From Octopus vulgaris (lineage: Eukaryota): DNA of 64,000 nt. Below are positions 26,029-39,570 of this stretch, piece by piece. Numbering within the stretch: the first letter of the stretch is position 1; the number at the start of each line of letters is the position of its first letter. Position numbers and translations under genes: made by a program. The DNA is taken from contig OX597831.1 of assembly GCA_951406725.2 (NCBI GenBank), forward strand, positions 78,244,001-78,308,000, given 5' to 3'. The notes under the pieces were generated by a model. That model did no database searches and had not been told where the DNA came from. It worked only from the letters and a program-made list of their open reading frames with translations.

Positions 26029-26847
26029 TCACCATCCCACGTGTCTCAACCTGTTCTGTTTAATCCATTGGTCTTTCTATGGTGTACATCTATGGTGGTG
26101 TAGCTACTGTTGATTTTCTAGTCGGCAAAATGTGGTATATCTGAAAAAGAAGAAATGAAATGGCGCGATTGTCACGGCTGGAAAGAAAGATCAACATGGA
26201 CAACAAGATAAAGAACAGGTTTCATTAAAAATACTCCATTAGGTATGCAGCGACACAACTGGCGTACGTATGTGTGTATGTATGCATATATGTATGCACG
26301 CACATATGCATGGATGTTTTTGTGTGTGTATATGTGTGTATGTATGTATGTATGTATGTGTGTGTGTATTTATGTATGTATGTATGTGTGCATTAATGTA
26401 TGTATGTGTGTATGCATGTATGTATGCATGCGTGAATGTATGGATGTATTTGTGCGTGTGTATATTGTGTATGTATGTATGAATGTATGTACGTACGTAC
26501 ATAAGTATGGATGTATTTGTGTGTGTATATGTGTGTATGTACGTATATATGTATGTGTATGTATGTACGTATTAAAATATCTCCGAAATATGCAGGTCAT
26601 GATTGCTGTATGATTCATCGCATAAATAGCGAATCCTAACATCCGAGTAACAGAAAACTAACACCAGATACCATGGCGACCGAAAACATGTTTCCCCAAT
26701 TGCTGAAAAAGAGATGAGGTATGACGTCAACAGGTCAGACACGTAAAATATGTGCCGGGAGTAACCAATCAGAAACAAATACGTCACATTCATACAAATG
26801 CAGGAATTTACTACTGACAGTAAAGAGTATATATATGTAGGTATGTA

Positions 26848-26881
<34 letters not shown>

Positions 26882-26882
26882 C

Positions 26883-27083
26883 TTTTAGTGTTTTACTTCT
26901 TTCAGTCGTTTGACTGCGGGCATGCTGGAGCACTGCCTTCTAGTCGAGCAAATCGACCCCCAGGACTTATTCTTTGTAAGCCTAGTACTTATTTTATCGG
27001 TTTCTATCGCTATGTTACGTGGACGTAAACACATTACCATCGGTTGTAAAAGCGATGATGGGGGGTCAAACTCAGACACGCAA
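26883..27083 (-). mobile_element. SINE family A, 3' half
   Basis: Reverse complement of the family A tail. Confidence 0.75.
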
Positions 27084-27121
27084 ATACATATATACATATA
27101 CGAACATATACATACATACTG

Positions 27122-27167
<46 letters not shown>

Positions 27168-27215
27168 CATATATATATATATGCATATATATATATGTAT
27201 ATATATGTATGTATA

Positions 27216-27313
<98 letters not shown>

Positions 27314-27365
27314 GAGACTTGCATAGAGAGTGACTTGATCTGAGATAGTGTGGTGGGACGAAAAA

Positions 27366-27606
27366 AATTGCAGCGTGGAAGGTGTTTATAAGCCATTTAA
27401 ATTTAATTTGTCAAAATATTTTCGTCGCTTCGAGGCCGCAACCTGTTCACTGACAAAGCTTCGTGCAGCACGAAGTTTTGTCAGTGAACAGGTTGCGGCC
27501 TCGAAGCGACGAAAATATTTTGACAAATTAAATTTAAATGCTGAAGTGAATCTAACGGTTTCGTGTGTTTCTAAAATGGCTTATAAACACCTTCCACGCT
27601 GCAATT
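27366..27606. repeat. Near-perfect fold-back palindrome centred at 27467
   Basis: 27394-27466 / 27468-27540 pair with one G-T mismatch. Outer arms 27366-27398 / 27574-27606 pair after a ~33-nt bulge. Flanked by long (TA)n. Confidence 0.95.
27477..27527 (+). ncRNA. Type I hammerhead ribozyme with G3-C8 core swap (mirror copy 27407-27457, minus strand)
   Basis: tttgtca-GTGAACA-g-gttgc-ggcctcgaa-gcgac-GAAAA-ta-TTT^-tgacaaa; 7-bp stem I, 5-bp stem II. Confidence 0.65.
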
Positions 27607-27607
27607 G

Positions 27608-27713
<106 letters not shown>

Positions 27714-27757
27714 GAAAAGAATGGAGTCGAACGAAGATTTTAACAAAATTCCTTTAC

Positions 27758-27838
27758 TTTCGACATGTGTTTCGAAGACTGCATACTCTTAATTCCGAAG
27801 GAATGAAGGTTCCATTATGCCGTCTTCTCATCAGGAAA
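27758..27838 (-). ncRNA. Type I hammerhead ribozyme, canonical core, extended stem II
   Basis: Minus strand: tttc-CTGATGA-gaagac-ggcata...tatgca-gtcttc-GAAAC-acat-GTC^-gaaa; module 27710-28047 lies between (TA)n tracts. Confidence 0.88.
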
Positions 27839-28044
27839 TACAAGGAACCTCTATCAGCCTCAAGACGAACAAAAGCTTCTCTATTCTTTTCATTTATTCA
27901 TATAAAAAAAACACACAAATTTCCACACACGAACACGGGGTTCTGCCCTTGACATGTAGCTTCAACCGTGTTTTACTGACGTGAATTTGCTACCCAGGTA
28001 TCGATTAACCGAATTATCCATACTAGGATAATTCATTCACCCTA

Positions 28045-28092
<48 letters not shown>

Positions 28093-28232
28093 AAGTGAGG
28101 GAGATAGATAAATGGATACATATACATATATATTTACATATGCATATATGTATGTATGTACGTATGTATGTATGAATGTATGTATCTATCTATCTCTATC
28201 CCTCTCTCTTTCTCTATCTATCTATCTATCTA

Positions 28233-28316
<84 letters not shown>

Positions 28317-28605
28317 CAGAATATACACACAAATATATATATATATATATATACACATATATACATACAGAATATACACACACATATATATACATACAGA
28401 ATATACACACACACATATATATATGCATATATATGAATGTATGTATATATGTATATATAATTTCCTAATAATGAACAATAGTGTAGAATCCATTGCTGAA
28501 ACTACTTCCGAAATTCAGAGAGATACAGACATACAGACACATAGAAACAGCGACAGACAGACAGAGAGACAGACTGACAGGCTGACAGAAATAATGAATG
28601 AAAGA

Positions 28606-28650
<45 letters not shown>

Positions 28651-28754
28651 TTATGACATGAAACACGTGATCAGATAGTTTTAGATCCAGCATCAACCGA
28701 AGGGAAAAGAGGACAATTTGTGCCTTTGTACAAATCTGTTTCTGAAGATGTGTG

Positions 28755-29010
28755 ACTGAGTATCCAGGGTGTTGAACTCGGGATCTCGGGATCTCGGGAT
28801 CACGGTTTCCGTTCCTAGAGCAAGAGGTGCGTTGTAGCCTTGCGCAAGGCACTTCATGTCACATTATTCTCGGATTATTTCGACTTCTAACATGTAGCAC
28901 ATCATACACCCGAAAAGGCAATGTCTAATTGATGGCGTGAAGGAGATCACGTGCCGCACAAGCGTTCGATCACTATAAACGAATCATCTGCGTAGGTCCT
29001 TCTTCAAGTA
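28755..29010 (+). mobile_element. Old tRNA-derived SINE remnant
   Basis: GGTTTCCGTTCC...CCTTGCGCAAGGCACTTCAT..CACATT resembles the head of the 1615/35171/54270 copies. Confidence 0.45.
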
Positions 29011-29034
29011 ACTGTGTCGCTGTGAAGAGTCTCA

Positions 29035-29184
29035 AGGGGTCGACTTTTGCTTTGATCTTTTCGGGGTCGAGAAATTAAGTACCAGTGGAACACAGGGATC
29101 GATGAAATTAACTAGTCCCTTTTCCACAAAATTTCAGGCCTTGTGTCTTTAGTAAAAGATTATTATTATTATTATTATTATTAA

Positions 29185-29245
<61 letters not shown>

Positions 29246-30077
29246 TTTATTTTTATCATTATAATTATAATCATTATGTGATGAAAATTCGCATCTTATT
29301 TTGCCGGGTATGATGGAAAGTGTCAGCTGTCCACAGCCAGCAGACTAAGGTGACACATGTTTATTATTATCATCATCATTATTATTGTTGTTGTTGTTGT
29401 TATTATAATTATTATTGTTGTTGTTGTTGTTATTATTATTATTATTATTATTATCATTGTTATTGTTGTAATCGTTAGCACGCCGGACAAAATACTTAGC
29501 ATCATTTCATCCCTCTTTATGTTCTAAGTGTAAATTCCCGCTAGATTGATATAGCCTTTTATTTTGGAGATCGATAAAATAAGTACTGTTTGATTACTGT
29601 AATCATGTTACCCCTAACCCGAAATTACTAGTCTTGTTTCAAAATTTGAATCCAATACAAAAATATCCCCGATATGACGAGTCACAGTTACATAAGTCTT
29701 ACCCGTTTAAGTAAATAATCTCTGTTAAGATTAGATCGACCCCTGGTACTTAATTTATCGACACCGAAAGGATGAAAGGAAAAGTTGACCTCGACGGAAT
29801 TTGAACTCAGAACGTAAAGGCAGATGCAATACCTATTTCTTTACTAATTTAAAATATATATGTCTTTACTACCCACAAGGGGCTAAACACAGAGAGGACA
29901 AACAAGGACAGACATAGGTATTTAGTCAGTTACATCGACCCCAGTGCGCAACTGGTACTTAATTTATCTGAAAGACAAAGTCGACCTCGGCGGAATTTGA
30001 ACTCAGAACGTAACGGCAGACGAAATACGGCCACGCATTTCGCCCGGCGTGCTAACGTTTCTGCCAGCTCGCCGCTT
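29035..30077. mobile_element. SINE family B cluster (29035-29160 +, 29470-29650 +, 29735-30077 -)
   Basis: Family B core motifs; the minus copy has an internally duplicated core. Confidence 0.7.
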
Positions 30078-30144
30078 TTAGTGACATGGCAAATATTATC
30101 CCCCCCCCATGTGCTTAGTCATTTGAATAGAAACCTGTAATGAC

Positions 30145-30880
30145 ATCTATGGTAGGTGGTGGTAGAGGGGGAGATGATGGTTGTGATTGTAGTTATGGTG
30201 ATGGTAGCAGTGGGTGATGTTCGAGGTGGTAATGTTAGTAGGGGAAACCTTAGAAGTGGTTGCAATAGCAGTGGTGATGGTGATGTGGTAGTGGTAATGG
30301 TGGTGATGGTAGTGGTGGTGCTGCTGGTGGTGTGGTAGTGGTGATAGTGGCGGTGATGGTATTGGTGGTGTGGTAGTTATGATGGTGGTGATAGTGGTTG
30401 TTGTGGTGGTGGTTGTAGTGCTTGTGGTGGAGGTGGTTGTGGTAGCGGTGGTGGTGCTGGCTTTCGTGTTGGTGATGGTAATCGTAGTGACTGCGATGAC
30501 CCTGATGATGACGATGACGATGATGATGACGATGATGACGACGATGACAACGACGATGATATTGATGATGATGATGATTAGGGTGCTCATGATGATGATA
30601 ATGATGGCAGCCGTGGTGATCGGGGGCGATAATGATGAAAGTTGATATGCATTGAACTTCAGGTAGTCCTGATTAAGCAGACTTAGGATGAAGACGATTC
30701 CAGCCACGACCATCATGGTGGAATGTCCCTAGAACTAAATCAGTCAATTTAGTTCAAAATACCATCGGTCTTTAAGCTAATGGGCATAACTTCAGGAAAA
30801 TTTGCTTGCTATTTCCAGCTGACCAAATGACCACGTGGAGACCACCTTCTTGGTATCCATGCTTGAAGTGGCAATAGTAA

Positions 30881-30937
<57 letters not shown>

Positions 30938-31018
30938 CAACAGCAGCAGTAGCAGAAGTAGTAGTGGCAGGAGTAGTAGTAGTAGTAGTAGTAGTAGTAA
31001 GGTAGTAGTAGTAGTAAG

Positions 31019-31058
<40 letters not shown>

Positions 31059-31150
31059 TAGTAGAGGTAGTAGTAGCAGTAGTAGTAGAGGTAGTAGTAG
31101 TAGTAGAGGTAGTGGTGGTGGTGGTGGTGGTGGTAGTTGCTGTTGCCGTT
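30145..31150. repeat. Degenerate (GGT/GAT/AGT)n trinucleotide low-complexity tracts
   Basis: Visible triplet repeats. Confidence 0.85.
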
Positions 31151-31404
31151 ATTGATGATGCAAATTAGGTTTAGCCATGCGTCAATGCAGATGAAGCAGA
31201 TTTTCATCAAAGTACATTCCTACCGTAGAAAGGTCTTTATGTCGTCATTGCCAACGCTGTAGTGGTACTCATAGTAACGATGGTCGTTGTAATATGGTCG
31301 GTAGTGCAATAGTGTTGGCTGTGGTGAGAGTTGAGGTTTTCTGGTGAAAGAATGATTAGGCACAGTTGCTCTATCAAGAGACGTGAGTATGTGTATGAAA
31401 CCAG

Positions 31405-31477
<73 letters not shown>

Positions 31478-31887
31478 TGTGTGTGTGTGACAAAAATTTT
31501 ACAAAACAACAAACGGAAATATTACAAAAACATAACAAACAGAAAATTTGTAGCTTATTTCTCATCAGTCAACCTCCATAAAATCATTACAATTTCGCGC
31601 TTTTAACCTTCATATTGTTCACTTCTGATGGTGCCAGTTGCGAAAGGCAATATGGAATAGCAAACGAATGCACAATGTACAGGACAATGATGAAGTCAAA
31701 CACGACAAAATAAAACGTATGCGGCCGCAAGATGGATTGAGATGTATATATGTATATGTATGTATATGTATATATATATGTGTTTGTGTGTTTGTGTGTG
31801 TATGTGTGTGTGTGTATTTAGAGAAAAACCTGTATTAAAAAATTCAATAATGAAAGAATTTTTTCACACCATATATAAAGAGTTTAA

Positions 31888-32615
<728 letters not shown>

Positions 32616-32717
32616 TTCCTCCAAATTTTATGCATATATTAAATATTGTGAAATTTGATTTAGAATTGCTAAATTGAATTCTTCCCTGTAAGTTTGGAAT
32701 TATATTCCCTATTATTA

Positions 32718-32806
<89 letters not shown>

Positions 32807-32829
32807 GTCGACAAGGTATATATATACAT

Positions 32830-32907
<78 letters not shown>

Positions 32908-32913
32908 GTATAT

Positions 32914-33104
32914 ATTGGAAGAATTCACAAAAAAAAACAAAAGACAAAGACTGGTGGTGTAGACAACAAACAGATGTATTAGTATAACGCTCGGGAAGTA
33001 TAAAAGTCTTTAACTTTTCGAGCCTACGCTCTTCCAGAGAAAGGAACACACAAAGCGACAAGGAGAGCAAATAAAGAATGTGTAGTGGTTAGCGATCTAT
33101 CATG

Positions 33105-33108
<4 letters not shown>
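32914..33108 (-). mobile_element. Solo terminal repeat of the Neptune-type PLE, with decayed HHR
   Basis: Homologous to 15002-15195; TTTCGAGCCTACGCTCTTC at ~33016-33034. Confidence 0.8.
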
Positions 33109-33159
<51 letters not shown>

Positions 33160-33234
33160 TCACACATAAACACACGCACATTTAAACATACATACACACA
33201 CACACACACATACACACACATATATATATATTAT

Positions 33235-33758
33235 ATATAATATAAAATCCGTTCTGTGTGTGTCTTTTAGTATCACGGGCAGCCTCCATCCGATTGCGCT
33301 CAAATTTGATATGTAGATACCGAGAGCATCTATCACAAAAATCGATTCTAGGTGAGATTGCGATCGATAAAACCGTGGGAACGTGCATTTGTACGCGCAA
33401 GTACATCAGCTGTTGCAATTGATACTCTACGCGTACGCGAGAAAAATGCATGTTCAGTTTTCGCAAAAGAAAAGCCGGCTGGCTTGAAACAATGCCACAA
33501 AATACAGTATATTTAAGAGACCCAAAAAGTAAGATGCAAAAAGAGATATTTTCTTCAAACCTGGCAGGAAGGAAGGAAAGACTATTTGGTTTCTCAAGAA
33601 GTTTTTTTTTTTGGCCTCGACTTCGTTTAACAAAACCAAAAATGTTATTCAAATAAAGGCATGCTTAATTGTTTTTTAATGAAAACAAAACACTGATTGA
33701 TTTTTATTCAGCAGATATGATTCAGCACCGTCCATTGGACGGGGGGGGGGCTTTTGCT

Positions 33759-33761
<3 letters not shown>
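33235..33761 (+). mobile_element. Non-autonomous Helitron-like element
   Basis: 5' ATATAAAATCCGTTCTGTGTGTGTC...CCGATTGCGCTCAAATTTG; 3' hairpin CCGTCCA-T-TGGACGG (33728-33742) followed by CTTG-T terminus. Confidence 0.65.
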
Positions 33762-33800
<39 letters not shown>

Positions 33801-34015
33801 TTATTTGAGGGAATAAAATCTAAACTTACAAGGAAAAAGACTTCAATTTAGAAATACTAAATCAAATTCGACACAATATAATATATATAAAATATATATT
33901 ATATTTACTTTTTAATTGTTATTTTAATTTTAACTTTTGTATTATATGTAATTTTCCAGATGGTGTAATTTAATTATTCATTTTGAATTGATAATAGGTG
34001 TTTTTTTCTAATATG

Positions 34016-34049
<34 letters not shown>

Positions 34050-34050
<1 letters not shown>

Positions 34051-34186
34051 TAATTTATTATATAGAAGGAGCTTCTACAGGACTAGTACTGTTTCATTCA
34101 AGAGAAATCTTCAGGAAGCTCCTGAAGATTTCTCTTGAATGAAACAGTACTAGTCCTGTAGAAGCTCCTTCTATATAATAAATTAA
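34050..34186. repeat. Perfect 67-bp-arm palindrome with 3-nt loop (centre 34118)
   Basis: Arms checked base by base as exact reverse complements. Confidence 0.95.
34068..34122 (-). ncRNA. Type I hammerhead ribozyme (mirror copy on plus strand has disrupted stem I)
   Basis: Minus strand: ggagcttc-CTGAAGA-t-ttc-tctt-gaa-t-GAAAC-ag-tactagtc-ct-GTA^-gaagctcc. Confidence 0.8.
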
Positions 34187-34249
34187 TTTTACTCTGCTAT
34201 GTATTGAGTACCTTACTTACTGTGGTTAACCCCGAATCAACCCGGGACC

Positions 34250-34283
<34 letters not shown>

Positions 34284-34286
34284 TTT

Positions 34287-34718
34287 ATGTGGCTGTGTAG
34301 TAAGGAGCTTGCTTCTCAACCACGTGGTTCTGGGTTCAGTCCTACTGCATGGCACCTTTACCAAGTATGTCTGCTACCCTAGACTCGGGCCCCACCACAG
34401 ACTTGTGAGTGGATCTGGTACACAGAACCAGAAATAATACATATGTACGTGCGTGCGTGTGTGCGTGTGTGCATGTATGCTTGTGTGTTTGAGTGCGTGT
34501 GTCTGTTTATATGTGTGCGCATGTCTGTGCGAACGTGTGGGGGGTGGGGGTTCCCACATCAGCATTGACAACAAGTGATGGCGTGTTTATGTCCCCGTAA
34601 CCTAGCATTTCGGTAAAACGAAAAGACAGAATAAGTCCCAGGCTATTAAGACTAAAATACTTCAAGATGGTGCTCCAGCACGGCCGCATTATAATGACTC
34701 AAGCAAGTAAACAAATAA
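34287..34718 (+). mobile_element. SINE family A, diverged
   Basis: Homology to 2166-2599. Confidence 0.7.
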
Positions 34719-34769
34719 ACACACATACACATACACACACACACATGCACACGCACACACAAACATATA

Positions 34770-35148
34770 TTTCTTCATTACCCACAAGGGGCTAAACATA
34801 GAGGGGACAAACAAGGATAGACAAAGGGATTAAGTCGATTACATCGACCCCAGTGCGAAACTGGTACTTTATTTATCGACCCCGAAAGGATGAAAGGCAA
34901 AGCCGACCTCGGTGGAATTTGAACTCAGAACGTAACGACAGACGAAATACCTATTTCTTTAGTGCCCAGAAGGGGCTTCACACAGAGAGAACAAGCAAGG
35001 ACAGACAAACGGATTAAGTCGATTATATCGAACCCAATGCGTAACTGGTACTTATTTAATCGACCCCGAAAGGATGAAAGGCAAAGTTGACGGAATACCG
35101 CTAAGCATTTCGCCCGGCGTGCTAACATTTCTGCCAGCTCGCCGCCTT
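34770..35148 (-). mobile_element. SINE family B with duplicated core and tail
   Basis: Reverse complement of family B; two ATCGACCCCGAAAGGATGAAAGGCAAAG units. Confidence 0.8.
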
Positions 35149-35170
35149 CTTATAATGTTTATTTTTGTAT

Positions 35171-35407
35171 ATGCGTCCTTTTAAAGCCTAGCCAGGCTCA
35201 TGGGCCCGGTTTACCGGTTTCAGTGGCGTATGTGTTCCCCAGCTGGACGGGACGCCAGTCCATTGCAGCGTTACTCACTTTTGCCAGCTGAGTGGACTGG
35301 AGCAACGTATTTTGCTCAAGAACACAACGCGTCGCCCGGTCCAGGAATCGAAACCACAATCTTACGATCATGATGCTGACACCCTAACCACTAAGCCATG
35401 CGCCTCC
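35171..35407 (-). mobile_element. tRNA-derived SINE with V-SINE-like central motif
   Basis: Minus strand: GGAGGCGCATGGCTTAGTGGTTAG...GGTTTCGATTCC head, then CTGCAATGGACTGGCGTCCCGTCCAG. Confidence 0.7.
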
Positions 35408-35428
35408 ACAACACACACAAACACACAC

Positions 35429-35563
<135 letters not shown>

Positions 35564-36243
35564 TACATATATACATATATAAAACATACACGCATGTACA
35601 TCGATATAGGTTTTGGTGTTACAAGCCACACATAACAGCAGCGGTAGTAGCAGTGGCAGTTGTAGGATGAGTCGTAGCAGCAGTAGCAACGGCAGCAGCA
35701 ACAACATTTGTAATAGTGCTGGTGGTGTCGATGGTGTTGGTGATGATGATGGTGGCGATGGAGATGGTGATGATGCTGATGATGATGGGGGCGGCGGCTG
35801 TGGCAGCGGTTAAGTTCGTCTCCGTGATGGAGTGGTGGTGGTGGTTTTGGTGGTGGTGGCGGAGGCGGCGGTGGCTGTGGTGGTAGCGGAGGCGGCGGTG
35901 GCTGTGGTGATCTAAAATTGGTGGTGGTGGTGGTGGTTGTGGCTGTGGTGATGGTAATGGTGCTGTTGGTGCTGGTGCTTGTGATGGTAGTGGTGATGGT
36001 GGTGGTGGTGCTGGTGCTGGTGATGGTAGTGGTGGTGGTTACTGGTAGACAGTGCACAAGATGGGCGGGAGGGAGCGCTATGGAAAAAAATGTAAGCGAA
36101 CAAGGTGTGAGAAATGAAAAAAATAAATGCAATACAAAAAATAACAAAGAGAAGAAAATAGAAAGTAATAAAGGTGTGAGGGGGGGATCGCAGACGGCGG
36201 GGGTCGGTGAAGGTGGAATGACGATGGTGGTGGTGGTGGTGGT

Positions 36244-36274
<31 letters not shown>

Positions 36275-36575
36275 GTGGTGGTATGAGTAATAGAGTGGAT
36301 GGGTGGACGACGTCAATGGGTGATAGTGGTGATGGTGGTGGTGGTGGTGGTGGTGGTGCAGAGGTGGTGGTGATGAAGAGGGTGGGCGAGGTCAATTTTA
36401 CAGTGAGGTGGAGGTAGAGAGAGAGAGAGAGAGAGAGGAATGGTTGATGAGCTGGTCGGTGATTCAATGAGAAGGAAAAGGAAAGAACTAGAGTCAAAGA
36501 GAAAGAGTGAGAAAGAGGCGAGTAGAGAGAGGGAGATTGAGAGGTGTTGCCAAAGAGAAAGAGAGGCAGGAAGAG

Positions 36576-36623
<48 letters not shown>

Positions 36624-36737
36624 CCAATGCTAAATGGTATGACAGAATAAAATACTTAAAGGAATGCAGTTTCACAGGTTTTTTTTCAAATGCTCTCTTT
36701 GCCTTCGTTACACACATACAAACACACACACTCAAAT

Positions 36738-36780
<43 letters not shown>

Positions 36781-37121
36781 AATACACACACACACACAAA
36801 CACACACACATATATATATATACATAGATATACACGCATACATACATGCACGAACTCAGAAGCATGGACACATACGAACACATTCCTACACACCCATATA
36901 TATATATATAGTAGAAGAAATAGCTAAGGTTCTTTGGCTGCTATTTCTAAAGTTCGGTATGTGGCGAAGCACATTTTTGCTGAACCTTAATTATAATTAT
37001 ACTCATAATTATAAAATATTGCTTAAATTTACCGTAAATGGTCCTTTTAACATGCCGAGTACTACCTGGTGGAATTATTAATTACTAGTTAATTAATTAA
37101 TTTAACCCTTTATTATTATTG

Positions 37122-37157
<36 letters not shown>

Positions 37158-37161
<4 letters not shown>

Positions 37162-37348
37162 CGCATGAGTGGCTATAGGCGCATGAGTGGTTATAGGCGC
37201 AGGAGTGACTATCTGCTTACCGACCATATGGTTCCGGGTTCAGTCCCACTGCGTGGCATCTTGGGCAAGTGTCTTCTGTAATAACCCCGGACCGACCAAT
37301 GCCTTGTGAGTGGATTTGGTAGACGGAAACAGAAAGAAGCCTGTCGTG

Positions 37349-37393
<45 letters not shown>

Positions 37394-37606
37394 AAATGTT
37401 TGTGTGTCTGTGTTTGTCCCCCTAGCATTGTTGACAACCGATGGTGGTGTGTTTACGTCCCCGTAACTTAGCGGTTCGGCAAAAGAGACCGATAGAATAA
37501 GTACTGGGCTTACAAAGAATAAGTCCCGGGGTCGATTTGCTCGACTAAAGGCGGTGCTTCAGCATGGCCGCAGTCAAATGACTGAAACAAGTAAAAGAGT
37601 AAAAGA

Positions 37607-37607
<1 letters not shown>
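37158..37607 (+). mobile_element. SINE family A, with triplicated 5' ~17-mer
   Basis: ATAGGCGCATGAGTGG occurs three times before the body. Confidence 0.85.
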
Positions 37608-37657
<50 letters not shown>

Positions 37658-37661
<4 letters not shown>

Positions 37662-38319
37662 GAAAACGGTAAGATAACAAAAGAAAGAAAGAGACCTCAA
37701 TATTATGTAAATAGACGAAATTTATCTGTAAAATAATATGTTACATTACTCGATAGTCAAGATAAAACTGAGTTTCAGATGCCGAAGTGGGAATCCACAA
37801 CGCCATCTCTTCGATTATCTGGCTATTTGAAAACGCTATGAAAAATACCGTTAAATAAAGGGAAATTACTGTGTTATAACTCTGCTTGCCTGCGTACTTA
37901 TACATCGCTATGTAAACGTACACATCTTCACTCGCATTTTTCGCCATAAAATAATATATAAAAATACATAAAAAATATATAAAAAATATACATAAAATAT
38001 ATATAAAATATATGATAGAAGGTATGATGAGGTAAAAAAACCTCTTGGGATATAACATAGAAAGCATGTTCAAACTGTTTTCTTTAGGGGACCAAAAACG
38101 TAACAGAAATTTAGTCACATTTGGGCATGATCCGAAAAGTTCTGTCCTTGAGTTTAGACATGTAGTAGGGTCTAAGCTGCTTTTCCAGATAAGCCATCTC
38201 TCCATGTCGCATAGACCGCACCTTCCGCTGCCGTTGGTATAGGGCTTACGTTTGGCCAAAATCTTCCAATGTATGTTATAATCGACACCTTTATCTCTTA
38301 ATGACCAAATATGATTAGA

Positions 38320-38320
<1 letters not shown>
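37658..38320 (-). mobile_element. 3' end of a different PLE family (endonuclease C-terminus + UTR + HHR-like motif)
   Basis: IWSLRDKGVDYNIHWKILAKRKPYTNGSGRCGLCDMERWLI...LNSRTELFGSCPN. Minus strand 37760-37820 reads agataa-TCGAAGA-gatg...catc-t-GAAAC-tca-GTT^-ttatct. Flanked by (TA)n. Confidence 0.75.
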
Positions 38321-38378
<58 letters not shown>

Positions 38379-38380
<2 letters not shown>

Positions 38381-38668
38381 AGGCGCAATGGCCCAGTGGT
38401 CGGAGGATCGCGGTTTCGATTCCCAGACCGGGCGTTGTGTGTGTTTATTGAGCGAAAACACCTAAAAGCTCCACGAAGCTCCGGCAGGGGATGGTGGTGA
38501 TCCCTGCTGTACTCTTTCGCCACAACTTTCTCTCACTCTTTCTTCTGTTGGCCTGCTCGCTTAGCCAGCGGGGTGGCGTCGTTCGAAGGCTAAAAAACAA
38601 TGCGAACGCATTGTGACCAGCGATGTGTAGCAACATCTGATGGTCTGGTCGGTCACGGGATCACGTGA
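38379..38668 (+). mobile_element. tRNA-derived SINE family C
   Basis: Homologous to 12163-12452. Confidence 0.8.
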
Positions 38669-38720
38669 TATATATATATATATACATATACACGCACTCA
38701 CATATAATTTTAAATGTATG

Positions 38721-38823
<103 letters not shown>

Positions 38824-38827
38824 AATG

Positions 38828-39005
38828 AAAAATGCATTAACTACTAAAAACGTACGCATTGGACAGACGCAGGAGGACCCTAAATCTTATCGACCAAAAG
38901 TACGAAACAGTGTATTAGCAGTATTTCGGTCGATAACTGATGAAGATTTAGGGTCCTTCTGTTTGTGTTGTATGCGTACGTTTTTTAATATTTAATGCAT
39001 TTTTC
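38828..39005. repeat. Imperfect inverted repeat between microsatellites
   Basis: AAAAATGCATTAA..AAAAACGTACGCAT..GGACCCTAAATCTT-ATCGACC versus GGTCGATAA..AAGATTTAGGGTCC..ATGCGTACGTTTTT..TTAATGCATTTTT. Confidence 0.8.
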
Positions 39006-39039
39006 AGTTATTCAGTAAGTGAACGTCACGCATCCCGAC

Positions 39040-39094
<55 letters not shown>

Positions 39095-39099
<5 letters not shown>

Positions 39100-39230
39100 C
39101 CGCGTGTGTATCGTTGGCGATTTTTTTCCTCCGTCTTCCATTCCTTGGATCTTTCCTTTTCCTATGTCTCTGACCAAGACCTCCGTTCGAAACGTTAAAT
39201 CCTCCTTCTTTATTTCCTTGCCTGAGCGTC

Positions 39231-39240
<10 letters not shown>
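39095..39240 (+). mobile_element. Solo PLE terminal repeat (family of 55310-55517 and 59010-59200), decayed HHR
   Basis: GGATCTTTCC...CTGACCAAGACCTCCGTTCGAAACGTTAAA...CTGAGCGTCCAATAATA. Confidence 0.7.
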
Positions 39241-39279
<39 letters not shown>

Positions 39280-39354
39280 GTATACGTATACGTATATATA
39301 TATATACATAGGGATTAGAATGTGCATTGTCCGTTTAATTGGAAAATTCTGTAA

Positions 39355-39440
39355 GTGGCTGAAGATTGCTCGACATTTTAAAACTGATGTAATACTTACA
39401 GTGTGTAATAAAATGAAGTAGCATGAAACAATTGTACTAC
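39355..39440 (+). ncRNA. Type I hammerhead ribozyme, canonical core, extended stem II
   Basis: gtgg-CTGAAGA-t-tgct..catttta...taaaatg..agca-t-GAAAC-aatt-GTA^-ctac; module 39310-39572 lies between (TA)n tracts. Confidence 0.8.
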
Positions 39441-39570
39441 ACTACCTTGGATATCCTTGTTGCTTATTTTTATTATAATCACCCCATATGATTTATATGG
39501 ATAATACCATACAAAATTCTGGTGCCTTTAACTTAAGTACCATATTCATCTGGATCTAAATTTTGCTGAA

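Noticed and set aside
26685-26742. Degenerate HHR-like strings (also ~18760, ~40200-40260 and ~41485-41520)
   Set aside because: Stems or core too damaged to call
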